This document shows, in pieces, positions 16,980-26,663 of a stretch of DNA of 56,578 nt. The translations under genes and the position numbers were made by a program. Each line of letters starts with the position of its first letter. The first letter of the stretch is position 1. Under the pieces are notes generated by a model. That model saw only the letters and a list, made by a program, of their open reading frames with translations. It had not been told where the DNA came from and did not search any database. Where the stretch lies: assembly GCA_042088965.1 (NCBI GenBank), contig JBELLC010000002.1:1-56578 (forward strand). The letters run 5' to 3'. The DNA is from Nisaea sp. (GTDB lineage: Bacteria; Pseudomonadota; Alphaproteobacteria; Thalassobaculales; Thalassobaculaceae).

Positions 16980-18188
16980 TCAAACCCGCTCTAGGATGAT
17001 CGCTTTACCCTGACCAACGCCAATACACATGGTGCAAAGCGCATACCGCCCTTGGGTTCGCTGTAATTCTTCTACCGCTGTCATCAACAAACGCGCGCCG
17101 CTGGCGCCCAAAGGATGGCCTAACGCAATAGCGCCGCCGTTTGGGTTTACCCGTGGATCATCATCGGTCATCCCCAACATCCGCATGGTCGCCAATGCCT
17201 GTGCTGCAAACGCTTCGTTAAGTTCAATCACATCGATATCGTCGATCTTCAGGCCGGCCCGTTTCATGGCAATCTCTGATGCAGGTGCAGGACCGATCCC
17301 CATAATCCGCGGTTCAACCCCTGCCACACCAGAGGTAACAACCCGCGCCCGGGGGGTTAGGCCATATTTCTTCACCGCCGCGTCGCTGGCGATGATCATG
17401 GCAGCAGCACCATCATTGACGCCACTGGCATTCCCTGCCGTCACCGTGCCGCCTTCTTTGCGGAAAGGTGTCGGCAGTTTGCCGAGGTCTTCCAAAGTCG
17501 TCTGAGGACGTGGATGCTCATCGGTGTCGACAACCGTCACCTTGCCCTTGCGGCCCTTAATTTCAACAGCTGCAATTTCAGCATCTAAGCGGCCATTGGC
17601 CATCGCGGCACCAGCCTTTTGCTGACTGCGATAAGCGAACAAATCTTGATCTTCGCGGCTGACCTGGAATTGTTCCGCAACATTTTCACCTGTCACCGGC
17701 ATGGCGTCGATGCCAAATTCTTTTTCAATTTCCGGATGCACAAACCGCCAGCCAATGGTGGTGTCATAGATTTCTGCGTTACGGGAAAAAGGTGAGGACG
17801 CTTTTGGCATCACGAACGGCGCCCGCGACATGCTTTCGACACCGCCCGCAATCATCAGATCACCTTCCCCAAGGCGCACCGCGCGGGCGGCATGGTCCGC
17901 GGCCTCGAGCGATGACGCGCATAGCCTGTTCACCGTGGTGCCCGGGACCGAATGGGAAAGCCCCGCCAGCAGCCCGGCAAAGCGCGCCACATTACGGTTA
18001 TCTTCACCTGCCTGATTAACACAGCCATAGACAATGTCATCAACGGCCTGCCAATCGACACCTGGATTACGTTCTTTCAAGGCCTTAATTGGGTGGGCTG
18101 CCAAATCATCGGCGCGGACCGCCGAAAGCGCGCCCGCAAATCGGCCAAACGGGGTCCGGACCGCATCACAAATATAAGCTTCAGTCAT
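16980..18188 (-). CDS. Acetyl-CoA C-acyltransferase / 3-oxoadipyl-CoA thiolase-like (PcaF/PaaJ-like)
   Basis: The thiolase motifs are present: VNRLCASSLEA (active-site Cys), NEAFAAQ, and C-terminal NPNGGAIALGHPLGASG...CIGVGQG. Confidence 0.9.
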   Translation of the reverse strand: MTEAYICDAVRTPFGRFAGALSAVRADDLAAHPIKALKERNPGVDWQAVDDIVYGCVNQAGEDNRNVARFAGLLAGLSHSVPGTTVNRLCASSLEAADHAARAVRLGEGDLMIAGGVESMSRAPFVMPKASSPFSRNAEIYDTTIGWRFVHPEIEKEFGIDAMPVTGENVAEQFQVSREDQDLFAYRSQQKAGAAMANGRLDAEIAAVEIKGRKGKVTVVDTDEHPRPQTTLEDLGKLPTPFRKEGGTVTAGNASGVNDGAAAMIIASDAAVKKYGLTPRARVVTSGVAGVEPRIMGIGPAPASEIAMKRAGLKIDDIDVIELNEAFAAQALATMRMLGMTDDDPRVNPNGGAIALGHPLGASGARLLMTAVEELQRTQGRYALCTMCIGVGQGKAIILERV

Positions 18189-18270
18189 TTTCCAATATCT
18201 CCCAGGTTAGCAACAGCACCGCCATCACCCGTCAAAAATTTGCATTCAGTCGTTTTGCCCATGGGTGCCA

Positions 18271-18289
18271 GCCGGTCAAAACGACCGGC
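18271..18289 (-). terminator. Stem-loop (7-bp stem GCCGGTC/GACCGGC, 5-nt loop) after the TRAP permease gene
   Basis: A perfect inverted repeat 24 nt past the permease stop. No U-tract follows on the minus strand, so this is not a canonical intrinsic terminator. Confidence 0.3.
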
Positions 18290-18312
18290 ACCGACAGGCC
18301 TATTTTTTGATC

Positions 18313-20292
18313 CTAAACAGGTACCGCCATGCGTCGGCCAAACCAGGCGAGAACGAAACCAGTCGCAGTCAGCACCGTGCCGATCACGAATAGTTCGTTA
18401 TTCGTCATGCCGACAACCTCGTTACCAGGCATCGCAAAAGCGCCAGCCCCTAGCGTCAGCAAAATTCGTGAAGGCCACTCCAATGCGCCAATTTGGGTAA
18501 TATCGCCTATCCCATAAACGTAGCCCTGAAGGCCTTGGGATAAAACGATTACGCCAAGCAAAGCACAACCGAAAACGTACATAATGTGAAGCGGCTCACC
18601 CTGCATAATTAAGCCTGGATCAAGCACAAAGAAAAACGGCACAAAATAGATGATTGTGCCCAATTTCATGGCCTCTAAACCCGTCCGCATTGGCGAAGCC
18701 TGGGCTAGACTTGATGCAGCAAAAGCACCAAGCGCTACCGGCGGCGTAATGTAAGATAACATTCCCCAATAAAGCATGAACATGTGAACGCCCATTGGGC
18801 TCAGTCCACTGTCTGTTAGGGCTGGTGCCAAAGTGAGTGCCAAAATAATGTAGGCAACAGTGACAGTGACACCGATGCCCATTATGAAACTAGCAACGGC
18901 GCCCAGCAGCAGGAGTAACAATACCGAGTCACCCGCCAGTTGAAGCAATTCAAAAGCTAGCGTGCCAATCTTGCCTGAATATGATAAAGCACCAACGATT
19001 AGGCCAATACCGGCCAAAATGGCCGCCAGTTCTGCAAATAGACGACCAACAGCTACTAAAAAATCTGCAAATCTTGACCAACTCCAACGGTTATTTGGCA
19101 TAATTTGATTAATCAGGATCAACAAAGCTGTGGCATAAAACGGAGCCTGGGCCTCCCTTTGAAGGAATACCAGCAAATAAATAAGCAGCGCGAAGACGGC
19201 TACGTAATACCACCCGTCCTTTAGCGTTTGCCGCACCGATGGCAATTCCACCTTTGGGAGCCCCTGCAACTTGTGACGCGCCGCGTAGCCATCAATTTGC
19301 ATGAATAACGCGAAGAAATACAGGATCGAGGGTATCACTGCAGCAATCACAACTTCGCGGTAAGGAACTTCAAGATTAATTGCCAGAATAAAAGCTGTAG
19401 CACCCATAATTGGCGGCATCAAAACGCCACCAGTGGACGCACAGGCCTCAACCCCGCCGGCGACATGCGGCGCAAAACCGATACGCTTCATCGCCGGGAT
19501 CGACAATGACCCAGTGGTCAACACATTAGTAATAACACTCCCACTCATGGAGCCCATCAGACCAGACGCAAAAATTGCTACCTTGGCCGGCCCACCTCGG
19601 ACATGGCCCAGCAGGGCAAAGGCCAAATTCAAAAAGAATTGCCCGCCACCCGTATATTGCAACGCCACACCAAATAACAAAAAACCAATCACCAAACCTG
19701 CAAAAGCACGGGTAGGAATGCCGATCAAGGCTTCAGTTGAGAGCGCATAATAGGCCGCTGTATCCCAAATTGATTCTGACGTTCCTTCAAGGATCCCTGG
19801 CATGCTGCCCGCAAACAATGGATAAACCGCAAAAATAGCAATAATCGCCGTCACAATGCCGCCGCCAGTTCGCCGCGTTGCCTCAATCGCCAAAAGCACA
19901 AAAGCTAAAGAGAGATACTGCATAAAGTCTGGAGCCGAAAACTCCCAACCCTCGTCCACAATTTCTATTGAGTAGAAAACCAGTATACCTGTTACCCCAA
20001 CCATCGCAGTCAGTAGAATCAAATCATACCAAGTCATGCCATCAGTGCCGCGCCCCGCAAAAGCGGGGAACGCTACAAAAGCCATCGGCAGTAGCAACGC
20101 AACAATCGCATAGTAGTACTGGTTTTCAATTGGCACAAAGCCGGTAAAGCGTCCGAGATTAAAGACCTGATAGGCCGACATGAAAACAGCCAAGACCGAC
20201 GCTATGATCAGCAACCATTTCCAAAATGAATTAAGCCGCCGATACCGATGCTCAGTATTTGCTGGCTCTTGAATAGCTTGATTATCTGACAT
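18313..20292 (-). CDS. TRAP transporter fused permease (TAXI-type, DctQ/DctM fusion)
   Basis: 659 aa and strongly polytopic. The size and architecture are typical of permeases paired with TAXI receptors. Confidence 0.85.
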   Translation of the reverse strand: MSDNQAIQEPANTEHRYRRLNSFWKWLLIIASVLAVFMSAYQVFNLGRFTGFVPIENQYYYAIVALLLPMAFVAFPAFAGRGTDGMTWYDLILLTAMVGVTGILVFYSIEIVDEGWEFSAPDFMQYLSLAFVLLAIEATRRTGGGIVTAIIAIFAVYPLFAGSMPGILEGTSESIWDTAAYYALSTEALIGIPTRAFAGLVIGFLLFGVALQYTGGGQFFLNLAFALLGHVRGGPAKVAIFASGLMGSMSGSVITNVLTTGSLSIPAMKRIGFAPHVAGGVEACASTGGVLMPPIMGATAFILAINLEVPYREVVIAAVIPSILYFFALFMQIDGYAARHKLQGLPKVELPSVRQTLKDGWYYVAVFALLIYLLVFLQREAQAPFYATALLILINQIMPNNRWSWSRFADFLVAVGRLFAELAAILAGIGLIVGALSYSGKIGTLAFELLQLAGDSVLLLLLLGAVASFIMGIGVTVTVAYIILALTLAPALTDSGLSPMGVHMFMLYWGMLSYITPPVALGAFAASSLAQASPMRTGLEAMKLGTIIYFVPFFFVLDPGLIMQGEPLHIMYVFGCALLGVIVLSQGLQGYVYGIGDITQIGALEWPSRILLTLGAGAFAMPGNEVVGMTNNELFVIGTVLTATGFVLAWFGRRMAVPV

Positions 20293-20342
20293 CAGGATCC
20301 GCTGTGGCCACGGTGGGCAGCCACAGCGCTCTCCTAATTCTG

Positions 20343-21491
20343 CTACTTGAAGACCGGATCAAAACCAGCTTTGCTCAAGGCAGCGACACGTGCCTTGGCC
20401 CAAGCGGCTTTGAGATCTTCTTTGGCCATATCGCTCTTACCTGTCATGCCGTCCCAAGCTGTTTTAATCACCCGCTGGCGCTCGATTAGCTTGTCATTGT
20501 GAGCTTGCGCTTCACTTGACCACGTCCCAGCTTCCTTCCAGTATCGAATAGCACCGTCATGGTATGGAATCGCCCAAGTCATGTTTTGCGAGCTAAGTTT
20601 CCAACCATTAGCACCTTTAGCTGCGTCTTTGTAGTCGTCATAATTCTCAACCATAGCTTTGACCATGGAATAAATCTCGTCATCACTTTTGGTTACATTT
20701 GTCACCAAAATTGGATAGGGGTAGTTCGACAATTCTAACGGATTGTTCTTATCAATAGCAGAGCCGAGAGTTGCTTTAACCTTATTGTATACGGGAGCAA
20801 CAGCCATAACCCGCTTCCAGCCTTCCACGTCGTTATGTGGCATCTCCGGCCAATGAAGCCCTCTTGGTGAAGCCTCAACTTTTTTGGTATTCGCTGACAC
20901 AGTCGTTGTGAACATCGCGTCTGACTGGCCATTAATTATGGCGTCAAAACCGGCTTTGTTTCCGGAAACCTCAATCTTTTGAACATCGTCCCAAGTTAAA
21001 CCAGCGAAAGCCAAGTAAGCTGACACGTTCCAGTTCAATGCCGGCCCACCGCGCACCCAGGAAATTCGCTTACCTTTAAAATCGGCAATTGTCTTAATAT
21101 TGGCGTCTTTGGCGGTGGCCATTGACAATCCATTTGAGCCAAGCGCTGCCATGAGCAAGCGAATTGGCTGTGGCCCCCAATTTTTATCAGCGAAAATGAA
21201 CACACCTTCCTGACCAAAGTAGGCGGCGATACCACAGGCGCAGAAATCCGCCTTATTATCACGCAATGGCGCCATCCGAGAAATATCGTTTTTGCCAGGG
21301 ATCACACGCATATTAGTACCATAACGTTTATTCAGCATGTTACCAATGGCAACAGACTGCGCGTAGCCCGACGAGGTTGTCCCATATGCTGTCCAAGTCG
21401 TTTTTTTCGGCATATCGGCAGCCACAGTTCCCGCTAACAGAAGCGAGGTTCCAGTGACCGCAGCAATTACTGCAGCTTTAAAATTTTTCAT
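20343..21491 (-). CDS. TAXI-family TRAP transporter solute-binding protein
   Basis: It has a signal peptide (MKNFKAAVIAAVTGTSLLLAGTVAA) and sits immediately upstream of the fused permease. The periplasmic-binding-protein-like sequence is 382 aa. Confidence 0.75.
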   Translation of the reverse strand: MKNFKAAVIAAVTGTSLLLAGTVAADMPKKTTWTAYGTTSSGYAQSVAIGNMLNKRYGTNMRVIPGKNDISRMAPLRDNKADFCACGIAAYFGQEGVFIFADKNWGPQPIRLLMAALGSNGLSMATAKDANIKTIADFKGKRISWVRGGPALNWNVSAYLAFAGLTWDDVQKIEVSGNKAGFDAIINGQSDAMFTTTVSANTKKVEASPRGLHWPEMPHNDVEGWKRVMAVAPVYNKVKATLGSAIDKNNPLELSNYPYPILVTNVTKSDDEIYSMVKAMVENYDDYKDAAKGANGWKLSSQNMTWAIPYHDGAIRYWKEAGTWSSEAQAHNDKLIERQRVIKTAWDGMTGKSDMAKEDLKAAWAKARVAALSKAGFDPVFK

Positions 21492-21680
21492 TATTAGCTC
21501 CCTGTTAAATCACTTGTTCGGATGTTAATTACCCGTTCACCTTAAATTTTTGCATTATCCAACAAGATTATGCAACCCATGGAAATCACGAAAAAGAAAA
21601 AAGAGGAGATTAATTGAAGCCCTGGGGTAAAGAACGGGGTAATGTCCCCAAAATGTCCCTCACGGAGAATGAATTCACAC

Positions 21681-23261
21681 ATGCGCAATTTCCAACGCCC
21701 TGGCCGTTCTGCCCTTTACGCTGAAAAAGCTGTTATCGCCACATCGCATCCACTTGCTTCACAGGTTGGCCTATCCATTCTGAAAGCAGGCGGCAATGCT
21801 GTTGATGCGGCCATCGCAGCCTGTGCAACACTTTGCGTGGTAGAGCCCGCAATGACAGGGATTGGCGGCGATTGTTTCGCCCTGTACCTGCCCAAAGGTG
21901 CGCCCCGCCCAATCGCATTAAACGGTTCAGGGCGGGCACCCGCCGCCGCTGACCCAAGCTGGTATGCTGAGCAAGGCATTACCAAGATTGAACGGTTTGG
22001 CCCGCATTCCGTCACAATCCCTGGGGCTGTCGCTGCCTGGAGCCTATTAAACCGGGATCATGGCAAATTGGATTTTGCCGATTTGCTCGCACCCGCCATT
22101 GATTACGCTGAAAATGGCTTTGCGGTGTATCCGCGAGTCTATTCTGATTGGCTATTGAACAGCGGGGTGCTGCGCCGTCACCCCGTTGCCGCCGCGAATA
22201 TGCTGGTCAATAATACCGCACCTGCCCTTGGTTCACGTTTTCGCCAACCAAAGCTAGCGGCAAGCCTGGCAACAATTGCCACACACGGACATGACGGCTT
22301 TTACAGCGGTGAGATTGCCGAAGATATTGTTGACACCTTGCGCGGGCTCGGTGGCCTGCACAGCCTGGATGATTTCGCCAACGCCAGCGCCGAATATGTT
22401 GATCCCATCCAAGGCCGCTTTGCCGGACATGATATTTTTCAATGCCCGCCGAATGGCCAAGGCCTGTGCGCGCTGATGATCATGAACATCATTGACCGCT
22501 ATGACTGGCCTGCGATGAATGAGGTTGATCGGATCCATGTCTTGGCAGAAGCTGCAAAGATCGCTTATCACGAGCGCGACCGCTTCATTGGTGACCCGGC
22601 GCAAGTCGATGTGCCGGTGGACGCCCTATTGTCCGATGCTTATGGCGAAAAATTGCAGGCCATGATCGATCCCGCCAAAGCAGGCGACTTCCATGAAAGC
22701 GATTTCCCAAAGCATCGCGATACAGTTTACCTGGCGGTCACCGATGAAGACGGCAATGCGATTTCTTTCATCAACTCAATCTTTTCGAGCTTTGGATCTG
22801 GCATCCAGACACCAAAATCAGGGATTATCCTGCATAACCGCGGCGAGTCCTTTAACCTGACCCCCGGTCATGTGAACTGTATTGCCCCAAACAAGCGGCC
22901 AATGCACACCATCATTCCCGCCTTCGCGATGAAAGACGGCCTGCCAATTGGGCCTTTCGGTGTGATGGGCGGACAGTATCAATCGGTGGGTCAGTCTGCA
23001 TTTTTAAGCAATCTGTTGCGCCTTGGCATGGATCCTCAAGAGGCTCTCGACGCACCGCGCAGTTTTGCCTTTAATGGGGTGCTGCAAATGGAAGAAACTT
23101 TCAGCTCACAAAGCTATGTTGCCCTGGCCCATCGCGGCCATAATATTGACCGCTTGAATATTGGACTTGGCGGCGGCCAAGCTGTTATTTTTGACCACCA
23201 AAACGGCATGCTGATTGGCGGTTCAGATCCGCGCAAAGATGGCGCTGCGATTGGGTACTAA
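21681..23261 (+). CDS. ggt: Gamma-glutamyltransferase family protein (no evident signal peptide)
   Basis: GGNAVDAAIAA, the Thr nucleophile context DTVYLAVTD and MGGQYQ are present. The start is uncertain among 21642, 21669 and 21681. Confidence 0.85.
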   Translation: MRNFQRPGRSALYAEKAVIATSHPLASQVGLSILKAGGNAVDAAIAACATLCVVEPAMTGIGGDCFALYLPKGAPRPIALNGSGRAPAAADPSWYAEQGITKIERFGPHSVTIPGAVAAWSLLNRDHGKLDFADLLAPAIDYAENGFAVYPRVYSDWLLNSGVLRRHPVAAANMLVNNTAPALGSRFRQPKLAASLATIATHGHDGFYSGEIAEDIVDTLRGLGGLHSLDDFANASAEYVDPIQGRFAGHDIFQCPPNGQGLCALMIMNIIDRYDWPAMNEVDRIHVLAEAAKIAYHERDRFIGDPAQVDVPVDALLSDAYGEKLQAMIDPAKAGDFHESDFPKHRDTVYLAVTDEDGNAISFINSIFSSFGSGIQTPKSGIILHNRGESFNLTPGHVNCIAPNKRPMHTIIPAFAMKDGLPIGPFGVMGGQYQSVGQSAFLSNLLRLGMDPQEALDAPRSFAFNGVLQMEETFSSQSYVALAHRGHNIDRLNIGLGGGQAVIFDHQNGMLIGGSDPRKDGAAIGY

Positions 23262-23298
23262 GGCAAAATATTGTTAAATACATTTCAGGAGAAAGTGA

Positions 23299-24261
23299 AT
23301 GCAGAGCTATGGCGTCGGGATTATTGGATTGGGGATTATGGGCACCCGCATGCTTGGCACGGTCACAGCGCATCCACAGTTTCATGTAGCCGGCATTTGG
23401 GACCCCAGCGCTGAGCAAGCGGCACAGGCAACCCAACAGTTTTCCGACGGGGCCTTGATGGACAGTGCTGCGGCCTTGATTGCCGCCCCAGATGTGGATC
23501 TTGTGTATATTGCCTGCCCGCCGAAATTCCATGCTGAATATGCCCATGCGGCAATTGCGGCGGGTAAACCGATTCTCTGTGAAAAACCCCTTGGTGTTGA
23601 CCTGAAAGAAAGTCAGGCATTGGTCGCCGCTGTCGACGGCGCCAATCTGGCAAATGCCGTTAATTTCACCCAGGCCTGCTCACCTGCCTTGACAACGCTG
23701 CAAGAGCGCATGGCCAGTGGCAAGATGGGAGCAGTGTTAGGGGCAGATATTATTGTGCATTTCAACCAATGGCCCCGCGACTGGCAAGTGGACGCTGATT
23801 GGCTGCGCTTCCGGGAACAGGGCGGCTTCACCCGTGAAGTGTTCTCACATTATGTGTTTTTGATGGAGCGCCTTTTTGGAGCGGCTGAATTGAAAGCCGC
23901 CGATGCCCATTATCCAGCCGACCCAGCACTATGTGAGAGCAGTATGTCTGCACGTTTTGACTGCAATGGCTTGGCTGTTAATTTCCTTGGGACAGTTGGC
24001 GGTGCTGGCGCGGAACGCGTGGAAGCGACGGTTTGGGGCGACCGTCAAAGCCTGCGCATTCAGGATTGGGTTAATCTGTTTGAAACCGATGGTGGCACCT
24101 GGACGCCAAGCCTGCCAGATATTACCGATCCGCGCCGCGAAGGTGCTCACCGCCAGCTCAGCAATGTGGCCGCCATGCTTGAAGGCAAATCGCATCGCAT
24201 GCCAAGTTTCCGTGATGCGCTCAGCGTGCAAAAACATATCGAAGCCATGCTGGGTGGATAA
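23299..24261 (+). CDS. Gfo/Idh/MocA family oxidoreductase
   Basis: It has an N-terminal Rossmann motif (VGIIGLGIMG) and the CEKPLG motif. Confidence 0.8.
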   Translation: MQSYGVGIIGLGIMGTRMLGTVTAHPQFHVAGIWDPSAEQAAQATQQFSDGALMDSAAALIAAPDVDLVYIACPPKFHAEYAHAAIAAGKPILCEKPLGVDLKESQALVAAVDGANLANAVNFTQACSPALTTLQERMASGKMGAVLGADIIVHFNQWPRDWQVDADWLRFREQGGFTREVFSHYVFLMERLFGAAELKAADAHYPADPALCESSMSARFDCNGLAVNFLGTVGGAGAERVEATVWGDRQSLRIQDWVNLFETDGGTWTPSLPDITDPRREGAHRQLSNVAAMLEGKSHRMPSFRDALSVQKHIEAMLGG

Positions 24262-24311
24262 TCCACCGTGCCGAAAAGGCCCGGACCAAAAGCGAAAATA
24301 AAGGAAGTGAC

Positions 24312-25610
24312 ATGATACCGCGTTATAGCCGACCAGACATGGCGGCGATTTGGGATCCTCAGAATAAGTTTCGAATCTGGTTTGAGATAGAAGCCCATGC
24401 CTGCGATGCCCAAGCTGACCTCGGGGTGATCCCAAAATCAGCTGCGGCGGCTGTCTGGGAACGCGGCGCCTTTGAAGTTGACCGTATTGACGCTATCGAG
24501 CGTGAGGTGAAACACGATGTTATCGCCTTTTTAACGAACCTTGCTGAATACGTGGGCGACGAGGCGCGCTTTGTTCACCAAGGCATGACCTCATCTGATG
24601 TGCTGGACACCTGCCTGTCTGTGCAACTGGCGCAAGCAAGCGATATTCTATTGGCAGACATTGATGCCTTGCTGGCAGCCATTAAAACCCGCGCCATTGA
24701 GCATAAAATGACCCCCACCGTTGGGCGCAGCCATGCGATTCATGCTGAACCCATCACCTTTGGCCTGAAATTGGCGGGCTATTACGCCGAGTTTAGCCGC
24801 AATCGCGAACGCTTATTGGCCGCCCGGAAAGAGATTGCGACATGTGCCATTTCGGGCGCTGTCGGCACATTCGCCAATATTGACCCGCATGTTGAAGCCC
24901 ATGTGGCGGCCAAACTCGGCCTGGAAATTGAGCCTGTTTCAACCCAGATCATCCCGCGCGACCGCCATGCGATGTTTTTCGCAACCCTTGGCGTGATTGC
25001 CAGCTCGGTTGAGCGTCTGGCAACTGAAATTCGCCATTTGCAACGCAGTGAGGTCCGCGAGGCAGAGGAGTTTTTTGCCGCCGGTCAAAAAGGCTCGTCG
25101 GCCATGCCCCATAAACGCAACCCTGTGCTGACCGAGAATCTTACCGGCTTGGCACGGCTGGTGCGGATGACTGTGGTCCCGGCCATGGAAAACGTCACCA
25201 GTTGGCATGAACGCGATATTTCCCATTCCTCGGTTGAAAGAATGATTGGCCCCGATGCGACCGTTACCCTTGATTTCGCCCTTGGCAGACTCACGGGAGT
25301 GATCGAGAAGCTAACGGTTTATCCGGAAAACATGCAGGCTAACCTTGACCAATTGGGCGGCCTGATCCATTCCCAACGGGTGCTTTTGGCGCTCACCCAG
25401 GCCGGGATGAGCCGCGAGGACGCCTATCGGGCAGTGCAACGCTGCGCCATGCCCGTATGGCTTGAAGGCAAAGATTTCTTGAGCAATCTGCGGGCCGATG
25501 AGGGGGTCGGGGCGTTTCTGTCGGATGACGCCTTAGCAGCCCTTTTTGACCTCGGCTATCACACCAAACATGTTGAAACGATTTTCGCCCGGGTTTTTGG
25601 CGACAGTTAA
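24312..25610 (+). CDS. purB: Adenylosuccinate lyase
   Basis: MIPRYSRPDMAAIW, the fumarate-lyase signature GSSAMPHKRNP, and the 432-aa length all fit. Confidence 0.95.
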   Translation: MIPRYSRPDMAAIWDPQNKFRIWFEIEAHACDAQADLGVIPKSAAAAVWERGAFEVDRIDAIEREVKHDVIAFLTNLAEYVGDEARFVHQGMTSSDVLDTCLSVQLAQASDILLADIDALLAAIKTRAIEHKMTPTVGRSHAIHAEPITFGLKLAGYYAEFSRNRERLLAARKEIATCAISGAVGTFANIDPHVEAHVAAKLGLEIEPVSTQIIPRDRHAMFFATLGVIASSVERLATEIRHLQRSEVREAEEFFAAGQKGSSAMPHKRNPVLTENLTGLARLVRMTVVPAMENVTSWHERDISHSSVERMIGPDATVTLDFALGRLTGVIEKLTVYPENMQANLDQLGGLIHSQRVLLALTQAGMSREDAYRAVQRCAMPVWLEGKDFLSNLRADEGVGAFLSDDALAALFDLGYHTKHVETIFARVFGDS

Positions 25611-25724
25611 GCAATTCGGCGTTGATGTCGGTTTTAAGCCTGTCAACGACGCCGCTTTGCTAATCTTGTCGAAATATGCGCATTAAATCTCGTAACTCAA
25701 GTGTGTGAGAGAGGGTGATGCGCG

Positions 25725-26639
25725 ATGACCAGTATGCGTCAGCAGATTATGTCCGCAGCCAGCGGCTTTTCGATTGAGACAACCCCGGCTTCAGCGGCAA
25801 AGGTGGCGCATTTTGGCGATCACCTGGCCCCTGGGACAGCGGTCAATGTTACCTACCTTGCAGGCTCCGATGCGGCTGACACGATCAACGTTTGTCGGCG
25901 GTTGCGTGATGAGGGGATGAAGCCAGTACCGCATGTTGCCGCGCGCAATATTGAAAGTGCAGGCCAATTAGACGATTACCTTGGGGCGCTGACAACCATC
26001 GCAGGCGTTGATGAGGCCTTGGTGATCGCCGGCGGTTTGGACCGACCCGCCGGGCCCTATGACTGCACCATGCAAGTTCTGAACAGCGGCTTGTTTCAAA
26101 AACATGGTATTCGCCGGATCGCAGTTGCAGGGCACCCCGAGGGCAGCCCTGACATCAACGATCAAGCTCTTGCCGCCGCGCTGGCAGATAAAAACCAATG
26201 GGCCACCGAAAACGCCATCGATATGTATATCGAGACACAATTTTGTTTCGAAGCAGATGTTGTCTTAGCCTGGGAACAGCGCATTCGCGACGCCGGCAAT
26301 CAGCTGCCAATTCACATTGGCGTGCCCGGGCCTGCAACCTTGAAAACACTTTTAAAATTCGCCCAAATGTCAGGTGTGGGGCCCTCTATGCGGGTGCTGA
26401 CACGCCAGGCACGCAATCTCACTAAGCTGGTCATGGTGCAGGCACCTGATCGGCTGATAACCCATTTGGCGGATGCCATGGCCAATGATGAGGATTGCCT
26501 TATTACCGGCCTCCATATGTATCCGTTTGGCGGCATGGCCAAGACTTCAGCCTGGATAAATGCTGTCGCTGAAGGGCATTTTGACATCCATAAAAACCAC
26601 AGCTTCACTGTGACTGAGCCCCTGAAAGCTGCTTTATAA
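25725..26639 (+). CDS. Methylenetetrahydrofolate reductase family protein
   Basis: Overall MetF-like layout (SIETTP..., AGHPEG, ETQFCFE). It is the first gene of a tightly spaced trio with folate/corrinoid genes. Confidence 0.75.
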   Translation: MTSMRQQIMSAASGFSIETTPASAAKVAHFGDHLAPGTAVNVTYLAGSDAADTINVCRRLRDEGMKPVPHVAARNIESAGQLDDYLGALTTIAGVDEALVIAGGLDRPAGPYDCTMQVLNSGLFQKHGIRRIAVAGHPEGSPDINDQALAAALADKNQWATENAIDMYIETQFCFEADVVLAWEQRIRDAGNQLPIHIGVPGPATLKTLLKFAQMSGVGPSMRVLTRQARNLTKLVMVQAPDRLITHLADAMANDEDCLITGLHMYPFGGMAKTSAWINAVAEGHFDIHKNHSFTVTEPLKAAL

Positions 26640-26663
26640 GCACGTCAACGAGGAGAAGACCAT

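Noticed and set aside
25611-25724. A possible SAM-II, SAM-V or cobalamin riboswitch, or a leader peptide, upstream of the metF-like gene. An imperfect hairpin CGGCGTTGA...TCAACGACGCCG follows purB.
   Set aside because: The region is too short for a cobalamin element. I could not find the conserved AAAGCU-type SAM-II core. The hairpin is more simply a weak purB terminator. The short ORFs (12 and 10 aa) show no Met or Cys codon bias. An Infernal scan would settle this.
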